DNA of 64,000 nt from Malacoraja senta (Eukaryota), in contig JAXLNO010000219.1 in NCBI GenBank assembly GCA_038087875.1, positions 1-64,000 on the forward strand, given 5' to 3'. This document shows positions 22,046 to 36,139 of this stretch, one piece after another. A program made the position numbers and the translations under genes. Under the pieces are notes generated by a model, which was given only the letters and a program-made list of their open reading frames with translations, searched no databases and had not been told where the DNA came from. The number at the start of each line of letters is the position of its first letter. The first letter of the stretch is position 1.

Positions 22046-22422
22046 TTCAAGGTTTCAAGATCAGTTTATTGTCACATGTACCAATTAAGGTACAGTGAAA
22101 TTCTAATTACCATACAGCCATACTAAAAAACAAAAAGCAACAAGACACACAACTACATAAAAGTTAACATAAACATTCACCACAGCGGATTCCCCACGTT
22201 TCTCACTGTGATGGAAGGCATTAAAGTCCAATCTTCTTCTTTTATTCTCCTGCGGTCGGGGCAGTCGAACCATCCGCAGTCGGGGCGATCTAAACTCCGA
22301 TCTAAACGATCGAAGCACCCATGTTGGGGCGGTCGAAGCTCCTGTGGCTTGGAGTTCCAGAAGTCGGTCTCGAACCATAGATCGCGAGCTCCGCGATGTT
22401 AAAGTCCGCAGGCTCCCGCGGC
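22046..22422 (-). mobile_element. Truncated copy of the Rex-tailed non-autonomous family
   Basis: Reverse complement carries GCCTTCCATCACAGTGAG and TTTCACTGTACC...GGTACATGTGACAATAAA. Confidence 0.7.
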
Positions 22423-23411
22423 AGCAAGAATAATGACTGACAAGTGGATAGAGTAGGAAAGAATAAAGTGGAAGGTCTGTGAGTAGTAAATAATAGTTGA
22501 GATTAATGACAACTGCAATGAAGATGCCAGGCAAATGGGAGTGGTCATTGGGGCAAGTAAAGTAAAATAAGGTAGGCCCTGATGAGGTATAAATGGAAAT
22601 AGCATAATGAATATCTAAAACTGTATTCTATTAAATGGAGCCAGGGCATGTTCAGAAAAGCTTTAGTTCATTTTTAAGTCTGAAGGTTCATATGTTAATG
22701 TTATAGGAGCAGAATTAGGCCATTCGGCCCATCAAGTATACTCCGCCATTCAATCATGGCTGATATATCTTTCCCTCCCAACCCCATTCTCCTTCCTTAT
22801 CCCCATACACCTGACACCCTTACTAATCAAGAATCTGTCAATCGCTGCCTTAAAAATATCCATTGACGTGGCCTCTACAGCCGTCTGTGGCAATGAATCC
22901 ACAGATTCATCACCCTCTGACTAAATAAATTAGTCTTTTCTGCTGTATTTCCAGCATTTTGTGTTTTAATTGGGATGCTCAACATCTTTTTTTTAGAATT
23001 ACTGTTTATTAGCAAGGTTTAATATGCTTGAAAAACTAACTCAGTGATAAAGTGTTTCTGTATTTACTAAGAATCCTGTTTAATCAAGTTGAACTCATCT
23101 GAAACTATTGAATATGTGTAGCAGTACTGGATAAGTGGTGGAGCGTGATTGGATTGCTTCATAAAATAAATTTGGCCATGACCTATTTTAAGTTCTCTTT
23201 CATGTTGCACTGTTGTGACTCCAGGGACAGAGCCAACTGCAGGTTTCAAAAGGCAGGTATGATTTATCTACTCCATGAGAAATCCTTTTGATGGTTAAAG
23301 TAGGTGTTGAGAAAATGTTTCTTTTATGCATGATTTTTGGCGATATACTCGTTTCCATTTCCATTCAGGAAGAAAAACAGGTTGTAGTTAATGAATATCT
23401 AAAACTGTATT

Positions 23412-24690
23412 AAGGGGCGCCAATAACCTTGCAGGGAGGTTTGCTAGTGCTATTTGGGAGGGTTCAAACTAGTGTGGCGGTAGGGTGGGAAACAGAGCAG
23501 TACATTTTGATATGAACCATAATATCTGCCATAGCAGGTTGATATGACTGAGAAGTCCACAGCACAAATGTGTAGGGCCAGCATAGTGAACAAGGCAGGA
23601 ATGGCAATCTTAAGTGTATTCATTTTAATGCAATGCGTATAAGGGTAAGGTATATGAGTTTAAGAGCCCGGATTGGTACCTGGAACTATGACATTTTAAC
23701 CCATTACTGAACCTTGGTTGAGAGAATGGGTAGATTGGCAGTTCAACATTCCCATCATTAAATGTTTTAGATGTGACATAGAGAGATGTGAAAGAGCTGG
23801 GGGTGTCACATTATGTCCCTACAGCACAAATGGACATTGTGCAGTGAGACCATCTGGGTAAAACTCAGGAACAGGAAAATTGCAATCACTGTGATGGGGT
23901 TATACTGTTAGCCTCCCAATTGTCTTTAAAACTATGGGGAGCCAAGGTAAAGAGCGAGAGAAACAGATATACAGGCAGATCATGGCAAGATGTCGCAACA
24001 AGAGTTATTGCAGTGGACGAGTTTTAACAATCTCGATATTGACTGGGACTCTCTTAATGCCAGGGGCTTAGGTGGGGCAGTATTTGTGAGGTGCATCAAT
24101 TAGGGTTTCCTGAAACAGAATGTCATTAGTCCAATGAGGGATGGGGCAGTAGCAGAACTTGAATCATGGAATAAGCCAGGATAGGTTAGGTTTCAGTGGA
24201 GGAGCCCTTTGGGAACTGTGGCTGAAATTTTTTGAATTTTAAGATGGTAATGGATGAGCATAGGACTGGTTAATCGAGGGAAGGTTAATTATAATAGTAT
24301 TAGGCTGGATCTGTAGATTGGGGACAGCCGTTGGAGGGCAAGTCCACATCTGACATGTGGCAATTTCTTTGAAGCCAGTTGATTAGAGTTGGCAAGATTC
24401 AGGAGCCATGGGTGACAAGAGATTGCATGTTTAGTCAAAAAAGAAAAGGAAGTATATATAAGGTTTTAAAAGTTGAAATTGGACAAAACCTCTGAGGAAA
24501 ATAAAGGAAGCAAGAAAGAATATAAGCAGGAAATTAAGAGGGCTGTAAGGAGCATGAAATGTCCTTTGCAAGTAGGATAAGGTGAATGCCAATCCTATGT
24601 ATAAGGAGTGAGTGGGTAGCCAAGGAAAGGGTAATTCCACTCAAGGACAAAGAAGGGGATTTATGTGTGGAGCCAGAAGAAATTATGTCC
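23412..24690 (+). mobile_element. Old CR1 fragment spanning the ORF1 end and ORF2 endonuclease
   Basis: ORF1-end-like LAGRFASAIWEGSN*, then degenerate FNA, ITEPWL and IDWD motifs. Confidence 0.7.
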
Positions 24691-24799
24691 TTAATGTCCT
24701 TGACAGCCAACAATGGACAATTGTGGGCTCCACCTTTCTTTGGCCATTGGTGGCGGCTCTGATTTGTTCTCAACCTTTTCATATATAAGGTGTTTTTGA

Positions 24800-25160
24800 G
24801 TATAAAATCATGAGAGGAATAGATCCGGTAGATGCTCAGATTCTCTTGCCCAGAGTAGGGGAATCGAGGACCAGAGGACATAGGTTCAAAGTGCAGGGAA
24901 AAAGATTTAATAGGAATCTGAGGGGTAACTTTTTCACACAAAGGTTGGTGGGTGTATGGAACAAGCTGCCAGATGAGGTAGTTGAGCCTGGGACTATCCC
25001 AACTTTTAAGAAACAGTTAGACGGGTACATGGATAGGACAGGTTTGGAGGGATATGGACCAAGCGCAGGCGGGTGGGACTAGTGTAGCTGGGACATGTTG
25101 GCCGGTGTGGGAAAGTTTGGTCAAAGGGCCTGTTTTCCCACTGTATCACTATATGACTCC
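24800..25160 (+). mobile_element. CR1 3' end
   Basis: RTRGHRFKV...FFTQRLVGVWNKLP...GYGPSAGGWD plus 3' UTR. Confidence 0.85.
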
Positions 25161-28100
25161 ATACCTCTAGTCGCCTTGTCCCCTGACAGTCTGAAAAAGG
25201 GTCTCGACCCGAAACGTCACCCATTCCTTTTCTCCAGAGATGCTGCCTGGCACCCTGAGTTACTCCAGCATTTTGAGTCTATCCTTAATGAGTATTTTGT
25301 ATCAGTATTCATCATGGAGAGGGACATTAATGGTGGTCAGTTTATGGAGAAGTTAAGGTAGATTAGTCCCTCGGCTACAGAAGGAAGGAAGGAGAGAGAT
25401 GCCGAGTGCCTTGACAGAAACTTCCATTGAATCTTCGTCTATTCCGTCAAATGACTTTAAACTTATTTCTCCTAGTGAAGGATTAATGCGCTGAGGAAAG
25501 TAGGACCTTTTTATCCATTTTATCTTGGCACACCATAATTTTAAACACAATTGAATTCCTTTGCAAAGGAAGAATAATTGTCACAAGAGAAATGTGTAAC
25601 CTTTCAATTCAGTTTACACAGATTGATTTCTTTTTGGTGACTGCTACACATCTTGTGATGGTTTTGGTAAACTGAGTTTCTGAGAAACATAATTACAATT
25701 CATCTTACAAATCTGTTGAGATGCTAATTTCAAAAATATATGACCTAAAGGTTTCAAAAAATAATTGCAGCTCCACTTAACAAAGCAGACTTGCAATCAG
25801 CATCAATTTTTATGATAGGCCCACACATTACTCTTTGCTATGAATCATCCACTTCGTTCCATTTTGGGTTTGTGATGGTAGTGATTAACTGTACACAATT
25901 TTAGGATATCAATATTTATTGTTTGGTGCAGTACATTTTAACCCCTTAGCAAATTGTGTTGAGGTGGAAAACTGATTACAAAATATGATCGGTACTTTTG
26001 TTTGCACAAGTGAGATTGAAGTACTGATCTCCGTGACCCTGATAGATGCACACATGGAAGTTGCTGGATGAGCAGCAGTCAGATCAGTTTGCACACAATG
26101 CACACAGATTGGCACTGCTGTGATATTGGACCAGCACACTGACTTGAGAAATGTATTTGTTCAGATTTCTTTCGCTGCTGTGCCCAATCATTTAGCAAAG
26201 TGCAGCATGCCTACAATTATCTCCAAGGTGCTATTGCTATTCATGGTTTGAGAATTGTGTTTTAGGCCTAAGTCTTGAAATGGCAGTCCCATTCTTGATG
26301 TTCCCACCATGGTGGAAGATCGATAACATTAATTCCCACTTCTTGAGCTCTTTAAATTGTATATGTGTAAAAAAACAATGCTCCTGCACAGCTTTGCATC
26401 AAATTGTCTTGGGTCCAATGTGCATCATCATGTTAGACACTACATAATCACCTACTCCAAAAAATTATTTTCCTTTTTGTTTTCTTTATATTACAACTCA
26501 AGATGAAAACTGTTCAGCTGTGTCTTTTTGGTTGATATTAACACATTTTAACCATGGGTTTATGGTTCATAAAGTGTGGTGGTGTTCCCGGGAAAGGTGG
26601 TTTTTAAGGGTTTCAACCTAATGTGGGTATATCATTTTTCATTAAAGAAGCTTTAAATACTACAAAATATTAATTATGCAAGTAATGTGCTTCATGCATA
26701 TTCTAACTGCTTCTCCAACACAAAGAACTAATGGCCCAAAACAGGAATATAGTGATAGAAATATCTGTAAATATTCAGCAGGTCAGCCAGCATCTGTGGA
26801 GATAGAAATAAAATGAACATTTCAGGTCAGTGGCCTTTTGCCGAAGCAGATTAATATAATCAGATTGATTGTTAGGTCATTACCTGAAATTCTAATTATA
26901 TCTTTCTTGCATAGAAGGTTATACTTACACCTGCCTTAATTTACCCAGCATTTGTCTTCTGATTTCCAGATTCAGATTTGTTTTCAAATGTAGGAACAGG
27001 AAGTGGCCATGCAGCGGCACACGCCTATTAATTTAGCTGTTCAATTATCTCGTATCCGATATGTGACTTAATTTCATGTTCATATAATTTCCCCACAGCA
27101 TTGGTTTATAAAAATACAATAACAATTATGAATTTACAGTTCATCTCTAGTTCCCCTCTCCCCTGACTCTCAGTCTGAAGAAGGGTCTTGACGAAAAGTC
27201 ACCTATTCCTATTTTTCCAGAAATGCTATCTGACCCGCTGAGTTACTCCAGCCTTTTATGTTTATCTTTGTGTTCACTATTTACTGTAATGGAGTGCATC
27301 GCATTGGCAACAATCTAAGTTCCACACAGAACTGCTAGTTCAGCCATTCAAATTAACTTAGTCCCAGTTTTTCTGCATGGGTGCAAGGAAACTAAAACCA
27401 GTGTAAATTTGGTGATGTCTCGAATTCCCATATTTCAAAGTCAATAAATGTTGCATTAATTTAGGTTGTCAGCATGACACACCCCGATCCACTGGTAAAA
27501 GAAAGATTTGCCTTTCACAACCTATGATGTTCCAAAGTACTTTACAGTCAATGAAGTACTTTTATTTAATATACTCACTGTTCAACAAATTAAAATAGGG
27601 AGCCAATTTTTGTGCCCAGCAAGATCCACATATGCCTGTGTGATAATGATCAGACAATTTGTTTATTAAATGAATTTGAGCAAAGGACAGATTTTGGCCA
27701 TGGCAACTGGCTTAGATGCCTGGCGCTTTGAAGTTGCGTTATGGCTTTATTTCTATAAGAAAATGGTAGAATCTTTGAACAGATGTGATTAACCTGTCTG
27801 TACACTCAAGTCAAAAACAAAATCCAAGAAATAGTAGGATGTCAAGAGTCCAATGAGAAAAATTACATTTTAAGAAATTCTTGTTAGCAAAGGATTGGAG
27901 AAATTAATGGGATAAAATTGATTAATCTGCCCCTTCGATTTGATAAGATATGGTTATTAAAATAATGGATGCACTGTTTTTTGCTTTCCAGAATTCCACT
28001 AATTTAAGGATGATCCCCACATTATGGAAAGTAGCAAATTAAAAATTCAAGAAAGCGGGAAGAGAGAAAACAGGGAATGGGAACTATAGGTTAAGTAACG

Positions 28101-28412
28101 CAACATGGAAATTGCTGGAATCGTGTACCACAACATAACAAGGTACGTGGAATATCACAATATGACTTTGAAGAGACAAAGTGGTCTATGGCAGGGAAAT
28201 TAGGATTTAAAGTATTTGAGTTTAACATGTCGGATAGATAAAGGTTGTAGTGCAAGATTAGGATTTGTAGGTGTGGGACGAACATGTAAACATATAAACA
28301 TGAATAGATAATGGAAATAAGCACAGGGTGTAACCAACATTGCTAAGGCCTCAGTTGCATACAATTCATATAATGACCATGTAATCTATCTAAGTTTGCT
28401 CATGATATATTG

Positions 28413-28799
28413 TTGCAGCTCATGTTGAAGCCTCTGACCGGCAGCGTTTTCTTCAAGCCGCTGTCAACGTCAGGGCACGCTCGGACACCGTGCTCCCCAT
28501 TCCCCAGCTGCCACTTCTTCCTGTTGGCCGTTGCATTGTCCACTCAGCCTCTTGCCCCCTCCACCACCATCTCTTCCTCGGTCTCCCATTGAATCGCCGA
28601 CATATTCCACCTTGGATGATATTGGCGAATGCAGGGGAGAAGGAGGCAGCGGTGGAGCAGGGAGCAGACAAAGCGACAGCCAACAGGAAGAAGCAGCAGC
28701 TGGTAAGACAGGAGGGAGCGCCACAGTGATGCATCACGACTTATCGTTGGCAGCGGCCTGAAGAAAGTACTGCCCCAAGGGCTACAACGTGAGCCGCAA
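28413..28799. repeat. ~390-bp imperfect palindrome (foldback, MITE-like)
   Basis: Arms pair along the length, e.g. GGCAGCGTTTTCTTCAAGCCGCTGTCAACG with CGTTGGCAGCGGCCTGAAGAAAGTACTGCC. Centre near 28610. Confidence 0.85.
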
Positions 28800-29200
28800 T
28801 TACAGCCACTTCAGTATGGTGGGTGAAGAAGGGCTCGTTGGTGCAGACCAGCAGCATCGACACCTACTTTTAAATTGAAAAGCCACAAAATACTTGAGTA
28901 ACAGCAGATTGAATCAGTCTGAAGGGTCTGGATGTCATCTATGTATGTTCTCCAGAGATGCTGCCTGATCCACCGAGTTACTCTAGCAGTTTGTGTCCTT
29001 TCGTGTATGAACCATCATCTGCAGTTTTTTGTTTCAACTACATACAATGATAATAACTTACTTGGTTATAGTGGACATCAGCAATAATGGACACCATATC
29101 CACATATGGTCCATTATAAAGAGGGTTTACTGTGGGTGGGAATGTAACCTGTGAGGAGATGTAAAGACACAATGGAGAAACTAAATGGAAAATCTAAATA

Positions 29201-29480
29201 GGGCGGCACAGTGGCGTAGCGGTAGATTTGCTACCTTAGAGCACCAGAGACCCAGGCTATCCTGACTATGGGGGCTGTCTGTACAGAGTTTCTATGTTCT
29301 CCCTGTGACCATGTGGGTTTTCTCTGGGTGCTCCGGTTTCTCCCCACATTCCAATAATGTGCAGGTTTGTAGGCTATCTAGTTTCTGTAAGTGTGTTGGA
29401 CAGAACTAGTGTACAGGTGATTGCTGGTCGGCGTGGGCCGAAAGGCCTGTTTCATGCTGTATCTCTAAAATAAAATAAAA
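29201..29480 (+). mobile_element. HE1-like V-SINE
   Basis: GGGCGGCACAGTGGCGTAGCGG head, V core and A-rich tail. Confidence 0.8.
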
Positions 29481-30657
29481 AAATAATGCCAAACGGAGTA
29501 CTGGAGAACTGTGTGGAAAATCAAAGTTATTAGTTTTGGAAGAAAAATAGGAAAGTTATATACTTTTTAAAGTATCAGAGGCTGCAAAATGTTGGTACAC
29601 AGAGGAATTTGGATGTCCTTGAACACAAATCATTGCAATTAGAAAAACAAATGGTATGTGAGCCAGTATTATACTATTCCTATGCTCTGTACTTATTCAA
29701 TTGAAAAAATATCTTTGTGTAACAGTGTGCAGGTTCTAGTCTACACATGTGCAGTTTTTCTCTCCTTCACTATGAGAAAATATACTCATCTAGACAATGT
29801 AAAGACATTTGAGAGCATATTCAAGACTGTTTTAAATTTGGAATTAAGGAAATTAGGATAATTGAGGTGCTGAGGTTGAAAATTAGCCAAGAAATTATTA
29901 AACGGAGAAGCAAATTTAAAGAGATCAAGGGTCCATATCTCAGGTCTGCACCATAAGAGGGCAGATAACCTGAATTTAAAGATTCATCCAAAATCCATCA
30001 GTAGTGTAACAGTGGGGTGACACTCTAGTTTCTTATGCTTCAGTCACTGGAGTGACTCTGGTTCTAAAATCTTCTTGTCAAGAAAGAAATCTACTACGCA
30101 ATGATCCACTGAAAATGTGTAAGTAGCTTCCATGATTCTATTGGGTGCTTTAAATTTTAAGGGGAGAACTTTTGATTATCTAAATAACTTTTAGGCTATA
30201 GTGTTCAATTCTGGGTTCAAACTGTAGTAGTCTGAGAGCACTTGAACCATTGTATTTCAAAAATGTGGCCCAAAATATAAACTGCTGGGGTAACAGCGGG
30301 CCAGGCCGTCGAGGGAAAAGGACAGATAACAGTTTGGGCTGGGATCCTTCTTCAGACCAGACATGGGCCCCAATCCAAGACATCATCTATCCATTTCCCT
30401 CGACAAATGCTGCCTGACCTGCTGAGTTTCTTCAGCAGTTTATTTTTTGCTCAAGATTCCAACATTATCAGTCTCTTGTGACTCCATAATTTCAAAATGT
30501 ACCTGAATGTCTCTACCAATACTTATAGCCTTAAGTCCATGGTCAGATTTAGATCTAATTATTTATAACAGCAAGATTGAATTAACACAGTTATTGATTT
30601 TGCTGAGAGTCTGTTGCCCAGAAGAAAAGATTTGAAAACAATTGGAAAACTGTCATC

Positions 30658-30663
30658 TTTATT
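30658..30663 (-). promoter_or_regulatory. Candidate CPNE4 polyadenylation signal
   Basis: AATAAA on the minus strand ~370 nt downstream of the CPNE4 stop. Confidence 0.4.
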
Positions 30664-31035
30664 ACTGACATGCAAAATACAGTTCATGCAACTGCTGATT
30701 TGAAAAATCCATCATTAGTAACAGATGGAGACAATACTGCTCTCTATCATCTTTCAATAATTGTTCCAAAATGCTTTACAGTGTAAGAATATTAAGAAAT
30801 TTAGTAAAATCCGGATCAACCTGTATATAAAAAGAAAGATACTGATACGTTTCAGGGCGACATGCTGTTTCTTATGCAAGTAGTCTGTCTTGTAAAAACT
30901 TCTCAACAGTACAACAGCTTTGGAGAATGCAGGCCTTGTGGTTACACATGCAAAACATTTCCTCTCATCCATTTTAAAAATCAGTGTGACGTGCTCTACG
31001 TTAGATTGTGCACTAAATAAATAGTTACTAAAGTA

Positions 31036-31167
<132 letters not shown>

Positions 31168-31411
31168 CTATAAAAGAAACAGATTATAATTCTGTACTAT
31201 CTAAGAATAAAAACAATGTAATTAATGACAGAAGGACTAGCATTTTATAGTGCCTTTCATCATCTCAAGGCATTCCAAATTACAGCCACTCAAATGCTTC
31301 CCGATGTACTAGTCTGTACTGCAAAGTAGAAGTCCATAAATTATAGGAGCAAAATTAGGCCATCCGGCCCATCAAGTCTACTCCACGATTTAATCATGGC
31401 TGATTTGTCTT

Positions 31412-34192
31412 CAAGGGTGACCAAGGCTGTGAGCTGAACATCCAGGGATATTCAATATTCAGGAGGGATAGAGAGAAAGGAAAAGGAGGTGGGGTACCGT
31501 TGCTGATTAGAGAGGAGATTAACGCAATGGAAAGGAAGGACATTAGTTTCGAGGATGTGGAATCGGTATCGGTATAGCTGCGAAACACTAAGGGGCAGAA
31601 AACGCTGGTGGGTGTTGTGTACAGGCCACCTAACAGTAGTAGTGAAGTTGGAGATGGTATCAAACAGGAAATTAGAAATGCGTGCGACAAAGGCAAAACA
31701 GTTATAATGGGTGACTTCAATCTACATATAGATTGGGTGAATCAAATTGGCAGGGGTGCTGAGGAAGAGGATTTCTTGGAATGTATGCGGGATAGTTATC
31801 TAAATCAACATGTAGAGGAACCAACAAGAGAGCAGGCTATTTTAGACTGGGTATTGAGTAAAGAGGAAGGGTTAGTTAGCAGTCTTGTTGTACGTGCCCC
31901 CTTGGGCAAGAGTGACCATAATATGGTTGAGTTCTTCATTAGGATGGAGAGTGACATTGTTAATTCAGAAACAATGGTTCTGAACTTAAAGAAAGGTAAC
32001 TTTGAGGGTATGAGACGTGAATTGGCCAAGATTGACTGGCAATTAATTCTAAAAGGGTTGACGGTGGATATGCAATGGAAGACATTTAAAGACTGCATGG
32101 ATGAACTACAAAAATTGTTTATCCCAGTTTGGCAAAAGAATAAATCGGGGAAGGTAGTGCATCCGTGGATAACAAGGGAAATCAGGGATGGTATCAAAGC
32201 GAAGGATGATGCATACAAATTAGCCAGAAAAAGCAGTATACCGGAGGACTGAGAGAAATTCAGAGACCAGCAGAGGAGGACAAAGGGCTTAATTAGGAAA
32301 GGAAAAATAGATTATGAAAGAAAACTGGCAGGGAATATAAAAAACTGACTGCAAAAGTTTTTATAGATATGTGAAAAGAAAGAGATTAGTTAAAACAAAT
32401 GTAGGTCCCTTGCAGTCAGAAACAGGTGAGTTGATCATGGGGATATGGCGGACCAATTGAATAACTACTTTGGTTCCGTCTTCCCTAAGGAAGACATAAA
32501 TAATCTGCCGGAAATAGCAGGGGACCGCGGGTCAAAGGAGTTGGAGGAATTGAGTGAAATCCAGGTTAGTCGGGAAGTGGTGTTGGGTAAATTGAATGGA
32601 TTAAAGGTCGATAAATCCCCAGGGCCAGATAGGCTGCATCCCAGAGTACTTAAGGAAGTAGCTCCAGAAATAGTGGATGCATTAGTAATAATCTTTCAAA
32701 ACTCTTTAGATTCTGGAGTAGTTCCTGAGGATTGGCGGGTAGCAAACGTAACCCCACTTTTAAGAAGGGAGGGAGAGAGAAAACGAGGAATTACAGACCA
32801 GTTAGTCTAACATCGGTAGTGGGGAAACTGCTAGAGTCAGTTATTAAAGATGGGATAGCAGCACATTTGGAAAGTGGTGAAATCATTGGACAGAGTCAGC
32901 ATGGATTTACGAAAGGTAAATCATGTCTGACGAATCTTATAGAATTTTTCGAGGATGTAACTAGTAGCGTAGATAGGGGAGAACCAGTGGATGTGGTGTA
33001 TCTGGACTTCCAGAAGGCTTTCGACAAGGTCCCACATAAGAGATTAGTATACAAACTTAAAGCACATGGCATTGGGGGTTCAGTATTGATGTGGATAGAG
33101 AACTGGCTGGCAAACAGGAAGCAAAGAGTAGAAGTAAACGGGTCCTTTTCACAATGGCAGGCAGTGACTAGTGGGGTACCGCAAGGCTCAGTGCTGGGAC
33201 CCCAGCTATTTACAATATATATTAATGATCTGGATGAGGGAATTGAAGGCAATATCTCCAAGATGACACTAAGCTGGGGGGCAGTGTTAGCTGTGAGGAG
33301 GATGCTAGGAGACTGCAAGGTGACTTGGATAGGCTGGATGAGTGGGCAAATGTTTGGCAGATGCAGTATAATGTGGATAAATGTGAGGTTATCCATTTTG
33401 GTGGCAAAAACAGGAAAGCAGACTATTATCTAAATGGTGGCCGACTAGGAAAAGGGGAGATGCAGCGAGACCTGGGTGTCATGGTACACCAGTTATTGAA
33501 AGTAGGCATGCAGGTGCAGCAGGCAGTGAAGAAAGCGAATGGTATGTTAGCTTTCATAGCAAAAGGATTTGAGTATAGGAGCAGGGAGGTTCTACTGCAG
33601 TTGTACAGGGTCTTGGTGAGACCAAACCTGGAGTATTGCGTACAGTTTTGGTCTCCAAATCTGAGGAAGGACATTATTGCCATAGAGGGAGTGCAGAGAA
33701 GGTTCACCAGACTGATTCCTGGGATGTCAGGACTGTCTTATGAAGAAAGACTGGATAGACTTGGTTTATACTCTCTAGAATTTAGGAGATTGAGAGGGGA
33801 TCTTATAGAAACTTACAAAATTCTTAAGGGGATGGACAGGCTAGATGCAGGAAGATTGCTCCCGATGTTGGGGATGTCCAGGACAAGGGGTCACAGCTTA
33901 AGGATAAGGGGGAAATCCTTTAAAACCGAGATGAGGAGAACGTTTTTCACACAGAGAGTGGTGAATCTCTGGAACTCTCTGCCACAGAGGGTAGTCGAGG
34001 CCAGTTCATTGGCTATATTTAAGAGGGAGTTAGATGTGGCCCTTGTGGCTAAGGGCATCAGGGGGTATGGAGAGAAGGCAGGTACGGGATACTGAGTTGG
34101 ATGATCAGCCATGATCATATTGAATGGCGGTGCAGGCTCGAAGGGCCGAATGGCCTACTCCTGCACCTAATTTCTATGTTTCTATGTTTCTA
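31412..34192 (+). mobile_element. 5'-truncated CR1, same subfamily as 2368-7065, with a stop and frameshifts
   Basis: Closely colinear with ~4270-7065. TGTCTT TSD at 31406-31411 and 34193-34198. Inserted into an older antisense CR1 3' end. Confidence 0.95.
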
Positions 34193-36139
34193 TGTCTTTC
34201 CCTCTCAATCTCATTCTCCTGCCTTCTCCCCATAACCCCTGACAGCCACAGAGGATGCGGACATCATGTTAGCACTCTGTAAACTCCCACTAACAATGCA
34301 GATCATTTTAGTTTTCATGAATGTTGATTAAGGGATGTACATTATCCAAAAAGAAGTTCCCTGGTCATCTTCAAAATGTTGCATTCTGTCAAGAGAGTAG
34401 ATAGATCTTCATTTAGCAAACAAAATGATGTTTATTTAGCAGAAAGGTACACCATAGCCTCAGGGCTGCTAGTGGAGAACAAGCATAGGTTCCCGTGTTG
34501 ATCAATGGAGTGGGAACTCAATCCAGTAGCTCTGTGTTGATGGTAGTTCTGCTGCCAGATGGGCCTCAGCTAACATGGGTAGGGTTTGTTTATATAACAG
34601 GCAGTTTCAAATGAAATATTCTTGTTGCTGCTTCCATTCTTTAATTAAAACTTCAAAAAATATATATATTTAATCAAGGATTATTGCCTGATGCGAAGCT
34701 ATGGGTCTTTAACTGCCTCAATCTTTGCTTATTAATTCAAATTGCATGCAGTCCAAATGAATGACATTTCAGAAATTTTGCATGGATCAGCTTGCTGAGA
34801 TAGCAGCCTGGAATTAAAATCATTGTTAATTGTTTAAGGTTGACATCCAGCACTAAAGATGATGGTAATCCCTTTGAGTAAAGATATTAATTCAAGCTAA
34901 TTCTGTGGAGCCTCTCAGATGTGAACAAGATGCTTATGATAACTGAGTGTTCTTTTCTTCAACAGCCAACGCTCTTGTTAAGAGAGTTGGTTTGCACTTG
35001 GATTTTTATTCTAAGAATGTTTCTTGAATAGCCACAGTTTATTATTTAAAGGAGCGAGGTTCTTTAGAATTTCCTCTTCAGGAATATTTCCTTTTAATTA
35101 GTACAATGTTTCAGAAATAATGGAAAAATACTAATCACTTTCTGTGGTGTCCTTTACATTAATTCCTGGACAACCCCACGTGCTGTCAGGCCATTGAGTT
35201 GGATATGGTCACTGTGCAGGGTAGGAAGCACACTAAAATGTCAGCCAGTGTCCCAAGATGGCAATGTGTCAATGGCCTGGTAATTGATTGTAGAAGAAGA
35301 CTAAGAAATACATTTGAACAGGACACTATAGATAACTCATTCTTTTCCTTAAAATATAAGACCTTCTGCGAGAGAATAAACAGGGCCTAAATTTAATGCC
35401 TCACCTGGAAGTCAATGCCTCCAAAATGCATAACTTTGAATGTTGGTCCAGATTTTGGACCTAAAGGACTCTGGAATGGAATTTGTACAACTGTCTAACC
35501 TAGCGATTCACTATATTCATTCGTTGATTAAAAAAGGGGCAGCTATAACTCAGACATTCTTCTCATAGCTCGATGATGTTTTGTGTAGCAATACATTGAA
35601 TTTATTTCTTAATCTGCTACTATGCCTGTGAAATACAGTCTATAGAATTTCAGTAGTATTATAGCCATGTAGCAACAGTCAACAACAAATGTCTTCAAGA
35701 AAGGGGTCAGATAACCTAAAAGAGACAGAAGCCACAGATTTCCACGTTTTCCCAAAAGAGAATTAGCAATATACAGATACTTTACTATAAACCAGTACAT
35801 GCTGTTACTGATTATTTAATTGCAGATTATTTGGGGAGTGAATCTAGATTTCCCAGTTGCCATGGTGGGAGTTGGTCAACAGATCATTAGTTTAGTCATG
35901 AGGATCACAAATATAATCATTTACACACTATGTACCATTTCCCTAAGAATTGCAGTGCTTAAATTCAGAGACATCAATTGGATTCACATCAAGATTTGTA
36001 TTTGTTAAAATTATTTTTAAGAATACACTCAAATTTCAATATCACAAATCATTAAAATAGGATGTTACATTCTGCTAGCAAATTACCTGCAAAAAGAGGA
36101 ATTATAAATTGATTTCCTGTACACTAATAAGTGGTTCCT

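Noticed and set aside
28410..28761. Short ORFs on both strands
   Set aside because: By-product of the GC-rich palindrome; no protein motifs.
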